NCBI GenBank assembly: GCA_964016885.1
Contig: OZ024742.1
Span: forward strand, 323,144,001-323,208,000
From: Eledone cirrhosa
Lineage: Eukaryota
DNA length: 64,000 bases
Direction: 5' to 3'
The notes beneath the pieces were generated by a model, which ran no database searches, was not told the origin of the DNA, and saw nothing but the letters and a program-made list of their open reading frames with translations. Position numbers and translations under genes: made by a program. This document shows positions 38,208-52,106 of the stretch, one piece after another. Numbering within the stretch: the stretch's first letter is position 1; every line of letters begins with the position of its first letter.

Positions 38208-38208
<1 letters not shown>
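37921..38208 (-). pseudogene. C-terminal GIY-YIG endonuclease region of a Penelope-like element (Naiad/Neptune-type)
   Basis: Manual translation: STALASKVWELKDSNIPYPMDWSIL...KNCSLCTT*KYRILL...LNSKTEIFRCCPH...*. One TAA at 38062-38064 sits where E of CxLCxxEK is expected. Confidence 0.75.
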
Positions 38209-38244
<36 letters not shown>

Positions 38245-38246
<2 letters not shown>

Positions 38247-38496
38247 TTGCAGTCGAAAGGTTGTGAGTTCAATTCTCAGACCGGGTGATGTGTTGTTTCC
38301 TTGAGCAAGACACTTTATTTCACATTGCCAAAGTGGTCGTGGAGGTGCCACGGCAAAAAAGCACCCAGTACTCACTGTAAATGAGGTTGGTGTTAGGAAG
38401 GGCATCCAGCTGTAGAAATCAAGCTAGAATCAGTTACCGTCCCACCCTTGCAAGCAGGGAAAAGTGGACGTAAAATGAAATGATGATGATGATGAT
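38245..38496 (+). mobile_element. SINE family 1, 5'-truncated with an internal deletion
   Basis: Matches 14725-15020 but lacks the hairpin segment. Confidence 0.85.
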
Positions 38497-38529
<33 letters not shown>

Positions 38530-40419
38530 CACTCAGTACACTGTAAATGCCATGATAAAATACACTCAGTACACTGTAAAGCATGGAATGTATGAACAAG
38601 ATGTAGTTCCCAATTCATCTAGTCTCAGACTGTGTCAACTCGTCCAACATATTCCACCATGGAAAGTGGGCATCTATGTGTAAAGCCATCTGAATGTAAA
38701 GCCATATGTAAGGCATTTTTTGACCCTATGACTGTTATGTCGTCATATTTCTCAGTTTCCTAGTATGAATGTACTTAAATACATTGAAATTTAAACTAAA
38801 AGGAGTTGATATAGTTGAATATTAAAGTGAAGTTAATTTGTCCCAGTGTGATTATATTTCAGTGTTGTAAAAACTATTGGAGGGATGTTGATTAATGGTG
38901 ATGACATTGATGATGTTGGTGATGTTGGCAGTTTAAATAAGTGTGTGTGCATGTATGTGGGTGACGAGGGTGGTGGGGGCTATGTTTGTAGCAGAGAGTG
39001 GGACAGAGAGAGATAGAGGTTGTGTGTATGAGAGATAGATATAGAAAGAGTGTGTGGATGTGTGGTTGTGTGCATGAAGAGCTATGATTATAGCAGAGAG
39101 AGAGAGAGAGAAATTGTCTGTGTAGTATATAAGAGATATACAGATATAGACAGAGAGAGAAAGAGTGTGTGCAAGTATGTCTGAGTGGGGAAGCTATGTT
39201 TGTAAAAGCAAACAAAATAGAGAGAGAGGGAGGAAGATTGAGAGAGGGAGAGAAAAAAAAAAGAGATAGTGGAGTGGGTGTTTGCAGTAATGAAAGAGAG
39301 AGAGAAAGAGAAAGTATGGGTGTGTGAAACGGGGGAGGAGAGAAAGAGGAGACATACAAATAGACAGAAGTAGCTAGTCAGACAGAACAAAGGCACTTTT
39401 TGTACATATGTGTGTATATATATACATATATATATATGTTTGTGTGTGTGTATATGTATGTATGTATATATGCATTTGTGTATGTATCTGTTTGTGTGCA
39501 TGTATATATGCATGATTTCTTCATCCTCATTTTACAACTGCCTTCCATGCTGGTATGGGTTGGACAGGTTGCAATGGTCCGAGACTGACAGGTCAGAAAG
39601 ACCTCATCTTTCTCATATGTTCCATATTTTGGAATACTTTCTATGGCTGGTTACCCTTCCTAGCACCAACCATTTTACTGGTTGTACAGAGTATGTTTTA
39701 TCATGGAACCAGCTCTAAAAAGGTATGTATGATGTATATATATATATGTATGTATTTGTGTATTTATATATGTGTGTATGAAAGTCAATGATTTAGTGAT
39801 AAGAGATCAATTACCTATGGCTCATTGTGTCCTTGAGCATGATACTTTATTTCACATTGCTCCAGTCCACTCAGCTAGCAAAAATTATTTGTATTTGCAA
39901 TCCAAAGAGCCAGTCATGTCACACAGTGTCATGTTGAATCTTTCTGAGATTTACATTAAGGATGATTGCATCTGTGGAATGCTCAGACACTTGCACATTA
40001 ATTTCACAAGCAAGCCATTCCATTATTGGAACAACTGGAACATCTGTCATTAGAACTGATGAAGGACCGACAACATATGTATATGTATATGTACATATAT
40101 ATGTATATGTACATATATATGTATGTGTGTAAGTATGTATGTATTTGTGTATGTATGTATTTGTGTATTTATGTATATATATGTAAGAATGTATTTGTCT
40201 ATGCCAGAATGCATGTGTGTGTATGTATATGTGCATATTTATGTATGTTCTTCTGGTTTTATTATTTCATAAATTTTCACCAATAGAGAGAGAGAGCCAA
40301 TTTTTAACATAGAAACAAGAGTCTTTCATTGTAATTTAGACAACATCAACTAGGCAAATATATATGTCTGTATGTGTTTGTGTGTGCAGGTATGGGTGTT
40401 ATTGCATGTGTGGATCTGA

Positions 40420-41790
40420 TGTTTATTGCATCCCTATCTCTTTGTGCATTAGGTATTTCATTATTATTTCCTGTTCCTGGATTGCAAAAGCACGTCCTTC
40501 AAAGTGAGAGACAATATATTGGTTGCTGGTCCAAAATATACTGTTTTGCTTATCTATATCACTCTCACTTCGAAGCTTCCTGGCAACATAGCCATGCATT
40601 ATTTTTTGCTGATAAGCATGCAGCTTTTCGTCCGTGGAGTTGTTGCAGTATTGTTGTGCAATTTCCCTAGGTGTGAGTTTTTGGTTATCATGAAGGGAGT
40701 ATTTCTCAAGGAGATCTTTCCCAACTCTCATGATGTTATCTGCTTCATGTAGACAGACTTGTTCTATAGAAGGGTTTCTCTGCTTGGTGGTTTCTGGGTG
40801 TTGTTGGAGGGATATAATGCGACACTCAAATGCTGACTGGATTGATATTAAACCTCTGCTTCACTGTTTAGGTAGAGGTGGTCTATGTCACTGATAATGT
40901 GGAAATTTTGATGCTGGTTAGAACTTTTTGGGTTTTAACATCAACAGCTCAGATCTCATCTAGTGTCCAGTCAAGTAGTCCAGATATTGGTGTCTGCAGA
41001 GGCACAACAAGCACATTGTGGACCACATATTTATTGTGTGCAATATTTTCATCTATCTTAAAGTATCTGTAGCAGTCCTCGTTAGATACCAGGTTATTTT
41101 CAGGCCCTCCGCAAAGAAACTATATGTTAGGTTTGTGTTTCTGTCCTGTGAACCACTTATGTAAACTTCATATTTCCTCAGCATAAAGGACAAGGGGTTT
41201 ACTGACAGTATAAATAGCACCATAGAGAGACTGTCTCCTTGAAATATACCCCTCTGATATTCTATTTTATCAATGACAATACAGTCCTGTTTCTCTGTAT
41301 TTAACTTCAGAATAGTGGCCCAGCAAGAAGATAGGTTCTATAAAGCTTTGATTATGGTATCCAGGATTTTAGCAAGTCAAAGGGTCTCTGGCATCCAAGA
41401 GTGAGGAACAGAATTGAATGGTTTCCTGCAATGCAGCTGTAACCAAGGTCCTCCTATGTTGCTGAACCTCTGACATCACAGTTTTGTTAATTAGGAGTTG
41501 TTCAACCCCCAACACAAAACTACTTTCTTCCCAGCTGCTTACACATCTGTGATGATATTGTTATTGTCACAGTGATCCTGGAGGAATAGGTTCAAACAAG
41601 CTGAATATATTTTATATATTAGGTTCTGACATGCAATAAGTTGGTAGTTTTTTGCCAAATTGGTCTCTTTGTTGGAGGGGGGGGGGGGGGGGGACAAACT
41701 TGTCTCTGCTAATGTCAACCAGCATGGTATATGTGTAGCTCCTTTCAGAGCTTGATGGTTGAGGTTGATAAGATACATCTGGTAGACTAC
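40420..41790 (-). mobile_element. Decayed R4/Dong-like non-LTR retrotransposon (RT region)
   Basis: Minus-strand peptides NYQLIACQNLIYKIYS, EQLLINKTVMSEV, FNSVPHSW, GIFQGDSLS-like (gtatatttcaaggagacagtctctct) and SHFEGRAFAIQEQEI. Confidence 0.7.
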
Positions 41791-42185
41791 TTCGAGACCA
41801 AAAAGGAGCTTGTGTGGGGGTCACTCAAATTGCTAGAAATGGTAGCCAAATACCCCTAAAATCACATACTAGCTTCCCATTGTACAATACAGTTCTAAAT
41901 ATGATGGATCTTAAATCTGTTTCAACGATGAGCATTCAATTGTTTGGTTAACTGAATATGTAACTGATGAAAAGTGTAAATGTTTGAGTATTCATGTATA
42001 AGTAACTGAGTATATATGGGTATGTAGTTAAGTATTCCACAGACATGTGTACCCTTAATGTAATTCCCAAGCTGAATCAACAAGATACAATATGTGTCAT
42101 GGCTGGACCTTTGAATTACAGGTACAATTCATTCTGTATTATAGTATATGTGGTTGAGTATTCAATAGATGTTGTGTACCTTTAA

Positions 42186-42451
42186 TCCTTTAACATTTAC
42201 ATTACTCTCTATCATCATCATCGTCGTTTAACGTCTATCTTCCATGCTAGCATGGGTTTAGATATATATTTACTATTATATTTTCACGGTAAAGGCTTTA
42301 ACCTCACATAATATTGAATCTGTGAGATTTTGATATTATTTATTTTGAGAATAATACCTTAACATCAGTATGAGCAGCCAGTTACAGCTGGTTTGAACAG
42401 AAAGAGGTGAGAGAATTCCATGTGGATACAGCCGGTTTAAATGTTAAAGGG
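42186..42451. mobile_element. TTAA-flanked MITE containing an antisense RTE-tail fragment
   Basis: TTAA|tcctttaacattta ... taaatgttaaaggg|TTAA. RTE tail at about 42210-42262. Confidence 0.6.
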
Positions 42452-44439
42452 TTAAAGTAATTCCAAAGTTGGATCAGCTTAACACAATATGTAGCAAAAC
42501 CAAACCTATGGATTACAGGTACAATCCAATTTCACTCACAAGGCTTGTAGTGTGTACCAAATCTAAAATATAAGTGCACTATAGATGTAATGGGTTCACA
42601 GAAAGACTGACTGAGAATAAAGATTTTGTATATAGCAGATGCACAGGAGTAGTTAGCAGCTAAAGCACCCATGAAAAACATTCTTTCAAATTTTCAGAAA
42701 GTTTCCTAGAAATAGTTGATAGCTTCTGTTAGAAGGTGACCTATATTACAGAGGAAGTAGGTGTTTAGAAAACGGCATAGCCAGAGTAACAATGGAGAGG
42801 AAAAGTTCAGGAAGATATGTAATGTGCATGGAGGATAACAGTTAGGTAAAGAATTTCCAAGCAACAAAAGTAGAATTGAACTAGTGAAAGAGGAAGACTG
42901 AGGAAAGTTTGGGAAGAAATGAAGAATGTTGTTCCTGGGAAAATGGAATGAAGTGACAAAGGACTGCAACATATAATGAAATGGTGTGCTGGAGAAGACC
43001 CATCCAACCTATGTAATCATAGAAAAATTGATGTAAAAATGATGATGATAATGATGATGATGTGGCTCATATATCTACAAATAAATAAATATTTATTTAT
43101 CTGTCTATATCAGGCATGGGCAAACTTTTTGAGCAGTGGTCACATAGGATATGGTTCATCGTAAGGCGGGTTACACTACTGAAAAATTCAAGGCAATGAT
43201 TGGTCAAGATATATGGTATAGTCCCACTTTGTTTCAGCTGGCCTTTGTCAGAAACAGGCCCCCCCATTGGTATATATCTATACCTACTCTGCAACCCATC
43301 CTGCAATGAGTACTACTCTAATCTGTGGGTTTCCTGATCTCCAAATCATGAACACTTTGTCTATCTGTCTGTCTGTCTGTTTGTCTGTTCGTCCGCCCGC
43401 CTGTCTGTCTGTCTATCTAGCTATCTATATCCAGCTATCTATGTATTTACCATCATCATCATCATTACCATTTTACGCCTATTTTCCATGCTTTCTTAGA
43501 TTAGATGGGTTGCTACATTTTGAAACTAAACTGGTCAGATGACCACATCTTGCTCATACATCCCATTTTGGCATGTTTTCTACTGGATGCCCTTCCTAAT
43601 ACCAACCATTTTACAGTGGTGTCTGTGTACATATACACATAAAATACACGCATATAACAAAATTATACTCATACATGGATACACAAATACCCTGTTAAAC
43701 TTACACAGAGAAACACACTCATACACATATACACAAACTCTTACATGTACACTCTTATAGAAATATACTCTCTCTAAATCATGCACACACATATGTATAC
43801 AAACATACACATATCTCTATGTAAACTTTTACAAAAATATTCTTATAGAAATATACTTTTTTGCAAAGACTGTACACACATGTATAATGTGTATATAAAC
43901 CTTTACAAGCACATCCTTAGAAATTTACTTTACTGAGTATTATTGCCTCATATATGCACTTCCACATACCAATATGCAATAAATGTATGAATAAACACTT
44001 ACATACACACCCGTATAAAATATACTCTGTTTGCATACATTATACACATGTACTCATATTTAAACTTTTATAAACACATCCTTATGGAAATATATGCTTT
44101 CTAAAACTTTAGACATGGACACTCATACATGTTCATACAGATGCATATACATACAAATATACAAACACTTATAAGCATTTACACTGTGAAGCATACACAC
44201 ACACAAATATACCCACTTACACACACTTGTACATGTTCACATGTACACACATACAAATACACTCACACAAACATGTATATATAACATTTTATAGACATTT
44301 AAAGAAATACATACTGGAAAACTTACGCACCCAATATATATACCCTCTACATGTTCATGCACACAAATACAAATACACAAACATGTGTTCATAAATTCTT
44401 ACAGGCACATACACACACATTGAACAAGAACAGTGACAA

Positions 44440-44666
44440 CAACAATGGTAGCAGCAGCAGCAGTAGTTTCAGTATAAGCAACATCAGGATCAGTAACAAG
44501 AGCAACAGTACTGGAGAGAGAGAGATAGATAGAGAGAGAGAGAGAGAGAGAGGGGGAGAGAGAGAGGGGGGGGGGAGAGAGAAAGTTTCTATTATAAACA
44601 AGTTCTAACAGTAGCAGCAAAAGCAGCAGCAATAGCAACAGCAGTGGTAATAGAAACAGTAGCCTG

Positions 44667-44697
<31 letters not shown>

Positions 44698-44997
44698 AGA
44701 GAGAGAGTTTCTATTATAAACAAGTTCCAATAGCAACAGCAGTGGTAATAGAAACAGTAGCCTGGAGAGAGAGAGACAAAGAGAAAGTTTCTATTATAAA
44801 TAAGTTCCAACAGTAGCAGCAGCAATAGCAACAGCAGTGGTAATAGAAACAGTAGCCTGGAGAGAGAGAGACAAAGAGAAAGTTTCTATTATAAATAAGT
44901 TCCAACAGTAGCAGCAAAAGCAGCAGCAATAGCAACAGCAGTGGTAATAGAAACAGTAGCCTGGAGAGAGAGAGAGAGAGTCTACTATAAACAAGTT
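44440..44997. repeat. Tandem repeat with units of about 80-130 bp built from (CAG/CAA) and (GA)n
   Basis: gtttctattataaa..agttcc..cagcagtggtaatagaaacagtagcctggagaga repeated four to five times. Confidence 0.9.
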
Positions 44998-45607
44998 ACA
45001 ACCACTCTAATTATGGACATCATCTGAGATGAGATCTGCTAGATTCAAAGTACCAAACAGTTGTGGTTGATGTCTGCTGCCTGTCTGTCTATCGGTCTGT
45101 CTGTCTGCATGTCTGTCTGTGTGAAGTTACTGTTTGTTTGTCTGTCTGTCTGGTTGCTTGGCTGTCAGCCTGACTGTATGTCAGTTTGCCTGTCCTGTGT
45201 GTGTGTGTGTGTGTGTGTATTTGTGCAGAGTTGCAAATAATATTTTCCAAGAAATTGTCCACAGAGTGAGTTACCTCTTTTCTGAGCAACGTCGAGTACC
45301 ACTGTTAGTGTGTGTGTGTGTGTATGTGTGTAGTTGTTGTCTGACTCTGTCTGTGTGTGTGTAGTTGCAGTTTGTTTGTCTGGCTGTCAGTTTGTCTGTG
45401 TATAGGGCTGTCTGTCTGTCTATCTATTTGTTTGTCTGCCTGTTCATATCCTGTGCACATTTTTAAGTAAGACATGAGGGGATCTTGCTAAATAATTTCA
45501 GTACCACTTTGCTAAAGTTGGCATTTAGAGCATTAACATTTCTGTATCTCTGTTTGAGAGTCTGCCTATCTATCTATCCATACATACATACATCAATCCA
45601 TCTATTA

Positions 45608-46800
45608 TCATCATCATCATCATCATTTAACATCCATTTTCCACGTTAGCATGGGTTAGTTAGGTTGTCCTGTTGTAAGACAAGTCAGATCAGACAACTG
45701 TATCATGCTCACACAGAACCGTTTCTGGCTTGGTTTTTACAGCTGGATGCCCTTCCTAACCCCAACCACATTTACAGGGTTGACTGGGAGCCTTTTATTG
45801 TAGCACCAAAAGGACCACTTTACAGTGTGGACTAGGTGATTATTGTCATGTCTCCAACATGACCATTTTACAATGTGGACTTGGCACCAAGCATCCACTT
45901 TACAGCATGGGTTGGGCATCTTTTATCATGGTACTAAAATGATCACTTTACAGTGTGTACTGGGTACTTTTGTCGTGTCACCAAAACGATCACTTTACAG
46001 TGTGAAGTGGAATCTTTTGTTGTGTTTCCAATATGACCACTTAAGAGGTTGCGCACAGTGCTTTTGTCATGTCACCAACACATCCACTTTACAGGGGGAG
46101 CTGGGTGATTATTGTCATGTTGTACTACCAACCCAACCATCTTACAGGGTATGCCAGGTGCCATCTGTCATGCCACCAACTCAACCACCTCAGAGGGTTG
46201 ACTGGGTTCCTCCTGTCATGTCCTCAACCTAACCACCTCACAGGGGTTGTGACTGGACGCCCACTCATAATGTCACCAGAACGACTACCCTACAAGGAGA
46301 GTTAGGTGATCTTTTGTCATGTTACCTAACAGAGAGGACTTGATGCTCTTTTGCCATGACAAAATGAGCACCTTACATGGTGGACTGAGAGCTTTCAGCC
46401 ACCCCAGCAGCATTGTGTAAGAGTGTGTTCAACTTTCCATACTTGTATACATGGGTTGGTCAAGAGAGGTGCATCAGATGTGGAAAGTGGAGTTATGAGT
46501 GTATGGAAGGTGGGTCTAGGGTGGGATGGGATGCATGGATGGTGATGAGTGGAATGATTAAGATGTATAGATGGATGGGGTCTATGGAAAGGGAAAAGAG
46601 GAGGAGAGGTGGTGCATATCAGAAACCACTAGATGTTGCTTCATCCTGTGCACATGGGAAGGTGGATCTTCTGTAGTATTACTTATTCCAGAGATCTTGA
46701 TCCTGTGAGAGGTGTAATTGTGTGAGGTCAGTTTTTATCACCTCATCCAAGCTTTCCTATGGCTTCTTCTTCCATAGCTACCATCAACTTTGAGCACCAT
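45608..46800 (-). mobile_element. Old RTE 3' end whose UTR carries an expanded tandem unit of about 40 bp
   Basis: (atc)n tail at 45608, ggatgcccttcctaa, repeated accactttacagtgtggactgg units and an ORF-end relic at 46700-46775. Confidence 0.6.
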
Positions 46801-46811
46801 TTATATTTGTA

Positions 46812-47143
46812 TTTGCAATCGTAAGGTTGTTAGTTCAATTCTCAGACCGTGTGTTGTTTCCTTGAGCAAGACACTTTATTTCACATTGCTCCAGTTTACT
46901 CAGCTGTAGAAATGAGATGATAGGACTGCAAAGTGGTCGTGGAGGTGCAAAAAAAAGCACCCAGCCCACACTGTAAAGTGGACGTGCAGGCGCCATGGAA
47001 AAAAAAGCCCCCAGCACTCACTGTAAATGAGGTTGGTGTTAGGAAGGGCATCCAGCTGTAGAAATCAAGCCAGAATCAGTTCCCGTCCCACCCTTGCAAG
47101 CAGGGAAAAGTGGACGTAAAATGATGATGATGATGATGATGAT
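46812..47143 (+). mobile_element. SINE family 1, 5'-truncated
   Basis: Same body and RTE-A tail. One extra internal unit. Confidence 0.85.
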
Positions 47144-49965
47144 ATATGTATGTGTGCATGTGAGTGTACACAGAGAGAGAGAGAGAAAAGATTGATAAAG
47201 TACTAGGTGACCCTAAATAATAAATGATTTATAAAGACCATATCATTAGACTATTGACAGCTGAGAGATCAGAATGTGAAGGCACATTGCTTACTTGTTA
47301 GGGTGTTGGGCTCAGGATCATAAGGTTGTTAGTTTGACCACTGGGCTGGGTAGCACTTTGTGTCCTCAAGCAAGACACTTTATTTCACATTACTCCAACC
47401 CACTCAGTTAGTGTCAAGCTATATGGGACTTTGTTTTTCTCTTCAACAATATTGGTGTAGAGACAGGAGATTGGCATGCCAGTCTTCCACAAAATACCTT
47501 GTTGAGGCTTGTGCCTTGGAGAGGAACTTTCCAGATTACAAATCACACTGAAGGGGGTCTTTGATCAGAGTTGTGTCATTTCTCTGATAGTACCTATGTG
47601 GCAGCTTTTAACTCTTTATTTCTTTTAGTTACACTTTATTTGTTTTATGTATCAAATTTCCAGTATTTGAATATTGAATTATGTTCACTAACACCTCCCT
47701 CTCATTATATATATATGTACATTCCCATGTATCTTTTAGCTCTGACATATTTTCTATTGTAAGTATAAGCCCTTGCAGCTAATAAAGAGAAGATCATGTG
47801 ATTGCTGATTGGCAGAATTGTTAAAGTGTTGGATTAAATGCTTTCTGGCGATTTGTTTTGAGTTCAAATCCTGCCAAGGTTGACTTGACCATTACAGGAT
47901 TGATAGAATAGAGTACCACTCAACAAGTGGAGTTGATTTGATTGACTTCTCCTTCCCCAAATTGCTGGCCTTGTGCTATTACTAGAAATAATTATGTTTC
48001 GTTTTAGTAGTTTCATGTGAGTTTTTTATTGAACCAGCAGGTGAACCTTTGTGTTCACGAGATGTGAGCATTAGTATATTTACTGTTGTTGTGATGGGGG
48101 AGGTGGTCGTGGTCATATTGGTTGTAGTAATAACAGTAGATGTATAGTAAAAGTGGAGGTAGTATCAGAATTGGAGTAGTAAATGTCATAATACTGGGAG
48201 CAGTTTTAGTAGCAGTGACAGTAAATGTCATAATATTGATTTCTAACATTGACACCAGGCCAACATATCTTGGAGGAGGAGGAGTACATTTGATTAAATC
48301 GACCCCAGTGTTTGGCTTTTTGCAAGCATTTAAGCCACATCTGCAGTTTGAAGATACATTCCCCACCCCAGTCTTGAAGGTCCCGAAAAGGGTCATGGTT
48401 CTGCCCTTCCACCTTGACTAAATAGGCAAAGTGAGGAGGAAGGGAACCAGGGTGTGGGTAGAGGTTCTAGGCACCTACAAATCATTTGGAAATGTATCTC
48501 AGCATGAAGGCTTGTGGCTTAGTGGTAGGATATTCAACTCATGATTATGAGGTCTATTATAGGATATTCAACTTATGATTTCCAACGGTGCATTGTATTC
48601 TTGAGCAAGACACTATATTCACTTTGCTCCAGTCAACTTGCTGTATTTAATGTGTTGTACTGTAATTCTAAGGACAGGGCTTGTCACATCCTGTCTTCTG
48701 CTGAATCTCCCTGAGAATTACGTTAAGTGTACACATGTCTATAGAGTGCCTGGCGCCATGCACATTAATTGTATGAGCAGGCTGTCCCATTGTTTGAACA
48801 ACTACAACACGTCAGAACCAACAGAAGAAATCTAACATACGTATCTCAGCACAGAGGAAGACATCATACATTGTCTTCTCCTCTCCTAGACCATCAAATA
48901 AACATCTTCTTCAACCCTTTCATTGTGTCTCATTTCCTAGACCATTTTCTTCAAATCTTTTTCTCCTTTCCAACATTTTTCCTGAAGATATCCATTTTCA
49001 ACTGTTAAAACTGAACATCAACCACATTAACCTCACCAAACTGAGATAGCCTGTGAAGGCTAAGAAACAGTCTCCCCTCCTAGACCTTATATTAAACACT
49101 TTGCCCAATCCTTTTTCAACCATTTGGAATTGCCTTCCCACCAACATTTAGCCAAAACTAAAACCTTTAACTTGCAGTTGTTAATATTGAACATCACTCA
49201 CATCAACATCACCAGTCTTAAAAGAGGGCCTGTGAATGGCATAACACAATCCTTTGTTCTTGACTTTGAATTGCAACTGTTAAAACTGAGCATCAACAAT
49301 ATAACTTAATTCCTTCCAGTTGAAGTTGAAATCTGAAATGTGTGAAAGGCAAGTAAATAATAAGACCAGTGGGTCTTAACTCATTTCACTCCATGTTTCA
49401 TCATGACACCTCAAAAATTATATGCTCTCTCTCCAATATAAAAATGTGTCTGGGATAAAAAAAAAATAATGTAAGATTTTAAGCAATTACTCCCTAAACT
49501 ATTCAAATTATGCCTCATAGAGGTTGATAAAATGCATACGAGTTTCTTGGCTACTTCTATCTTCCCTTCCCAAGATTGGCTTTGTGTTTATGTAATACAA
49601 TAATAAATATCTTCATTGGTTCAGAATGTTGTTACCTAGGTTTGTATTCTGTAAAAGGTTGAGAGCTGATAGATACCACCACAACCAGGGTAGGATGCTA
49701 GTATATTGTAGATGATATTTGCTACTGATAGGTGAACTGATGCATACAAAATTAAATGACTATAATTACGCCTCTCTCTCCTTTTTTTCAGTTTTTCTTT
49801 TTGTTTTTCCACATAATTCCTTATTCTTGCTATATCATCTGAAGAAAGATGTAGCCTGAAACATGTGTTGACTCTTTCTACTTCTCTTGAGCATTGAACT
49901 TAATATTCTCAATTTACACCATCTTTTATCTTGTTGTTTTTCTGTTCCCTTTTTCTATATATATA

Positions 49966-50301
49966 TCATCATCATCATTTTACGTCCGCTTTTCCCTGCT
50001 TGCAAGGGTGGGACAGGAACTGATTCTGGCTTGATTTCTACAGCTGGATACCCTTCCTAACACCAACCTCATTTACAGTGAGTGCTAGGTGCTTTTTTTT
50101 CCGTGGCACCTACACGACCACTTTGCAGTGGAATGATCGGGACCCCAGTCCCTATCATCTCATTTCTACAGCTGAGTAAACTGGAGCAATGTGAAATAAA
50201 GTGTCTTGCTCAAGGAAACAACACATCACTCGGTCTGAGAATTGAACTCACAACCTATCGATTGCAAGGCCAATGCTCTAACCACTAAGCCATGTGCCGC
50301 C
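49966..50301 (-). mobile_element. SINE family 1
   Basis: Reverse complement of 14693-15022. Confidence 0.9.
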
Positions 50302-50309
50302 TATATATA

Positions 50310-51127
50310 TAGTGTGTGGCACAGGTAATTCGTAAAAAATTAATGGATAATAAAAACAGTGTTTTTTATATAACAAATTAACATATTTCAATGAAATTTT
50401 TATATACAGTTAGGCACATATATAAGGTACATCGATGGTCACCACTTTCTCCAGGTGGGAGCAGAAGCTGGAGTAGGCCTTGGCGATGGCATCCCTGTCC
50501 ATGTCGGCCATGGTGTCCCTGAGGGTTGCCTTGAGAGCCTCCTTGGTGTTGCAGGGCTTGCTGGTCACCTCTGTCTCCAAGACACTCCTCACAAAATAGT
50601 TGAGAGGATTACAGTCGGGCGACTTTCAGCTTCCTTCCCTCCTTCTATGCTTCAGTGAGTAAGTGGCATTATAATTCAAGTCCTCCTTGACAATATGCAT
50701 GATTGTTAGCCTGTTGGTGCCCATTTCTTAGCCGATTTCCCTCATGCTTTTGCTAGGGTCCTCCTTGACAACCTCTGCATCATTGGCGACAAACTCGGGC
50801 ATCCTAGTGGTGCCAGAACACTTCTTATGAGTCTTGCATTCTGGCCTGAAATTGTCCTTGTTGTGTAAGGCCCCATAAAACCATGGTTTTAGGGTATTTA
50901 AACCATTCAATGATTTTCTTGGTTTTGTGGCTGGTGCAAAGGTTCTTCATAACAGCAGCTCAATGATCTTATTCTGAAGGTATGTCGATTTCTAATCACC
51001 TCGTGCATCAATGGCCAGACAGCTACTGAGGTGTAGTATGTTCTAATGGTGCTCTCAAAACCTCACTACGGTGTGTCATCATGGTACTGTTGCCACGTAA
51101 AAGTTCTAGATTTATCTGTCACATTGT
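50310..51127 (-). mobile_element. Decayed, internally deleted Tc1/mariner-superfamily transposon
   Basis: Minus strand SPDCNPLNYF...SVLE...CNTKEALKATL...SHLEKVV. HTH-like EDPSKSMREI. Degenerate TIRs at both ends. Confidence 0.7.
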
Positions 51128-51426
51128 ATAACAGAGATGAAGTTACATCATTTTATTTCCTACATATGTTTCTCTGATTATACTCACTTATGTGTCTTTG
51201 TACAAGTTATGCTCAATTACATAACCATGAATATGATATAATATGACATATAGCTTAGAGCATGTTACTACTCCAGGGAAATTTTACAAATTATTTTACT
51301 GATAGCAACACTGGTTATTATATAGACCATCCTGGCTACTCTGGCATGCACATTTACCATTAAAAAATAACAGTTAAAAGAATAATAAAGGGACATAATG
51401 ATATTCATTCATTCATTCATTCATTT

Positions 51427-51753
51427 CGTTTTTACGTCCGCTTTTTCCCTGCTTGCAAGGGTGGGACGGGAACTAATTCTGGCTTGATTTCTACAGCTGG
51501 ATGCCCTTCCTAACACCAACCTCATTTACAGTGAGTGCTGGGTGCTTTTTTGCCGTGGCACCTCCACGACCACTTTGCAGTGGAATGATATGGACCCCAG
51601 TCCCTATCATCTCATTTCTACAGCTGAGTAAACTGAAGCAATGTGAAATAAAGTGTCTTGCTCAAGGAAACAACACATCACCCGGTCTGAGAATTGAACT
51701 CACAACCTTTCGATTGCCAGGCCAATGCTCTAACCACTAAGCCATGTGCCTCC
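51427..51753 (-). mobile_element. SINE family 1
   Basis: Reverse complement of 14693-15022. Confidence 0.9.
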
Positions 51754-51803
51754 ATTATATGTATATATATACACACACACACATATATATATATATGTAT
51801 TAG

Positions 51804-52044
51804 ATAGTGAAATAGTGCGTCCGTTGTATTTTTGACTAAATAAATTAGCCTAATAATGGAGTTATAAAAACCATCAATGGAAAAATGAATGTGCATTGAT
51901 GTACATGGGACACAAACCCACATCTCTGGTTACCATGGCCATGGTAACCAGCTCATTCATTTTCCCATTCTGTAGGTTTTTATAACTCCAATTATTAGGC
52001 TAATTTATTTAGTCAAAAATACAATAGAGGCACTATTTCACTAT
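51804..52044. repeat. Inverted repeat (arms about 90 bp) with an inner perfect 26-bp palindrome
   Basis: Arms 51804-51891 and 51954-52044. ctggttaccatggccatggtaaccag at 51926-51951. Confidence 0.88.
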
Positions 52045-52106
52045 TTAATTTCAAATTCTCTGCTGTTTGTAAACAGCTAAAAAAGCTTTGTATCTTATAT
52101 ATATGT

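Noticed and set aside
36107-40286. Numerous YI/CV/HT-rich ORFs
   Set aside because: Translations of (TA)n and (CA)n microsatellites.
49830-49875. ctgaagaaagatgtagcctgaaacatgtgtt as a functional ribozyme
   Set aside because: Core boxes are present, but stems I and II are eroded. At most a relic.
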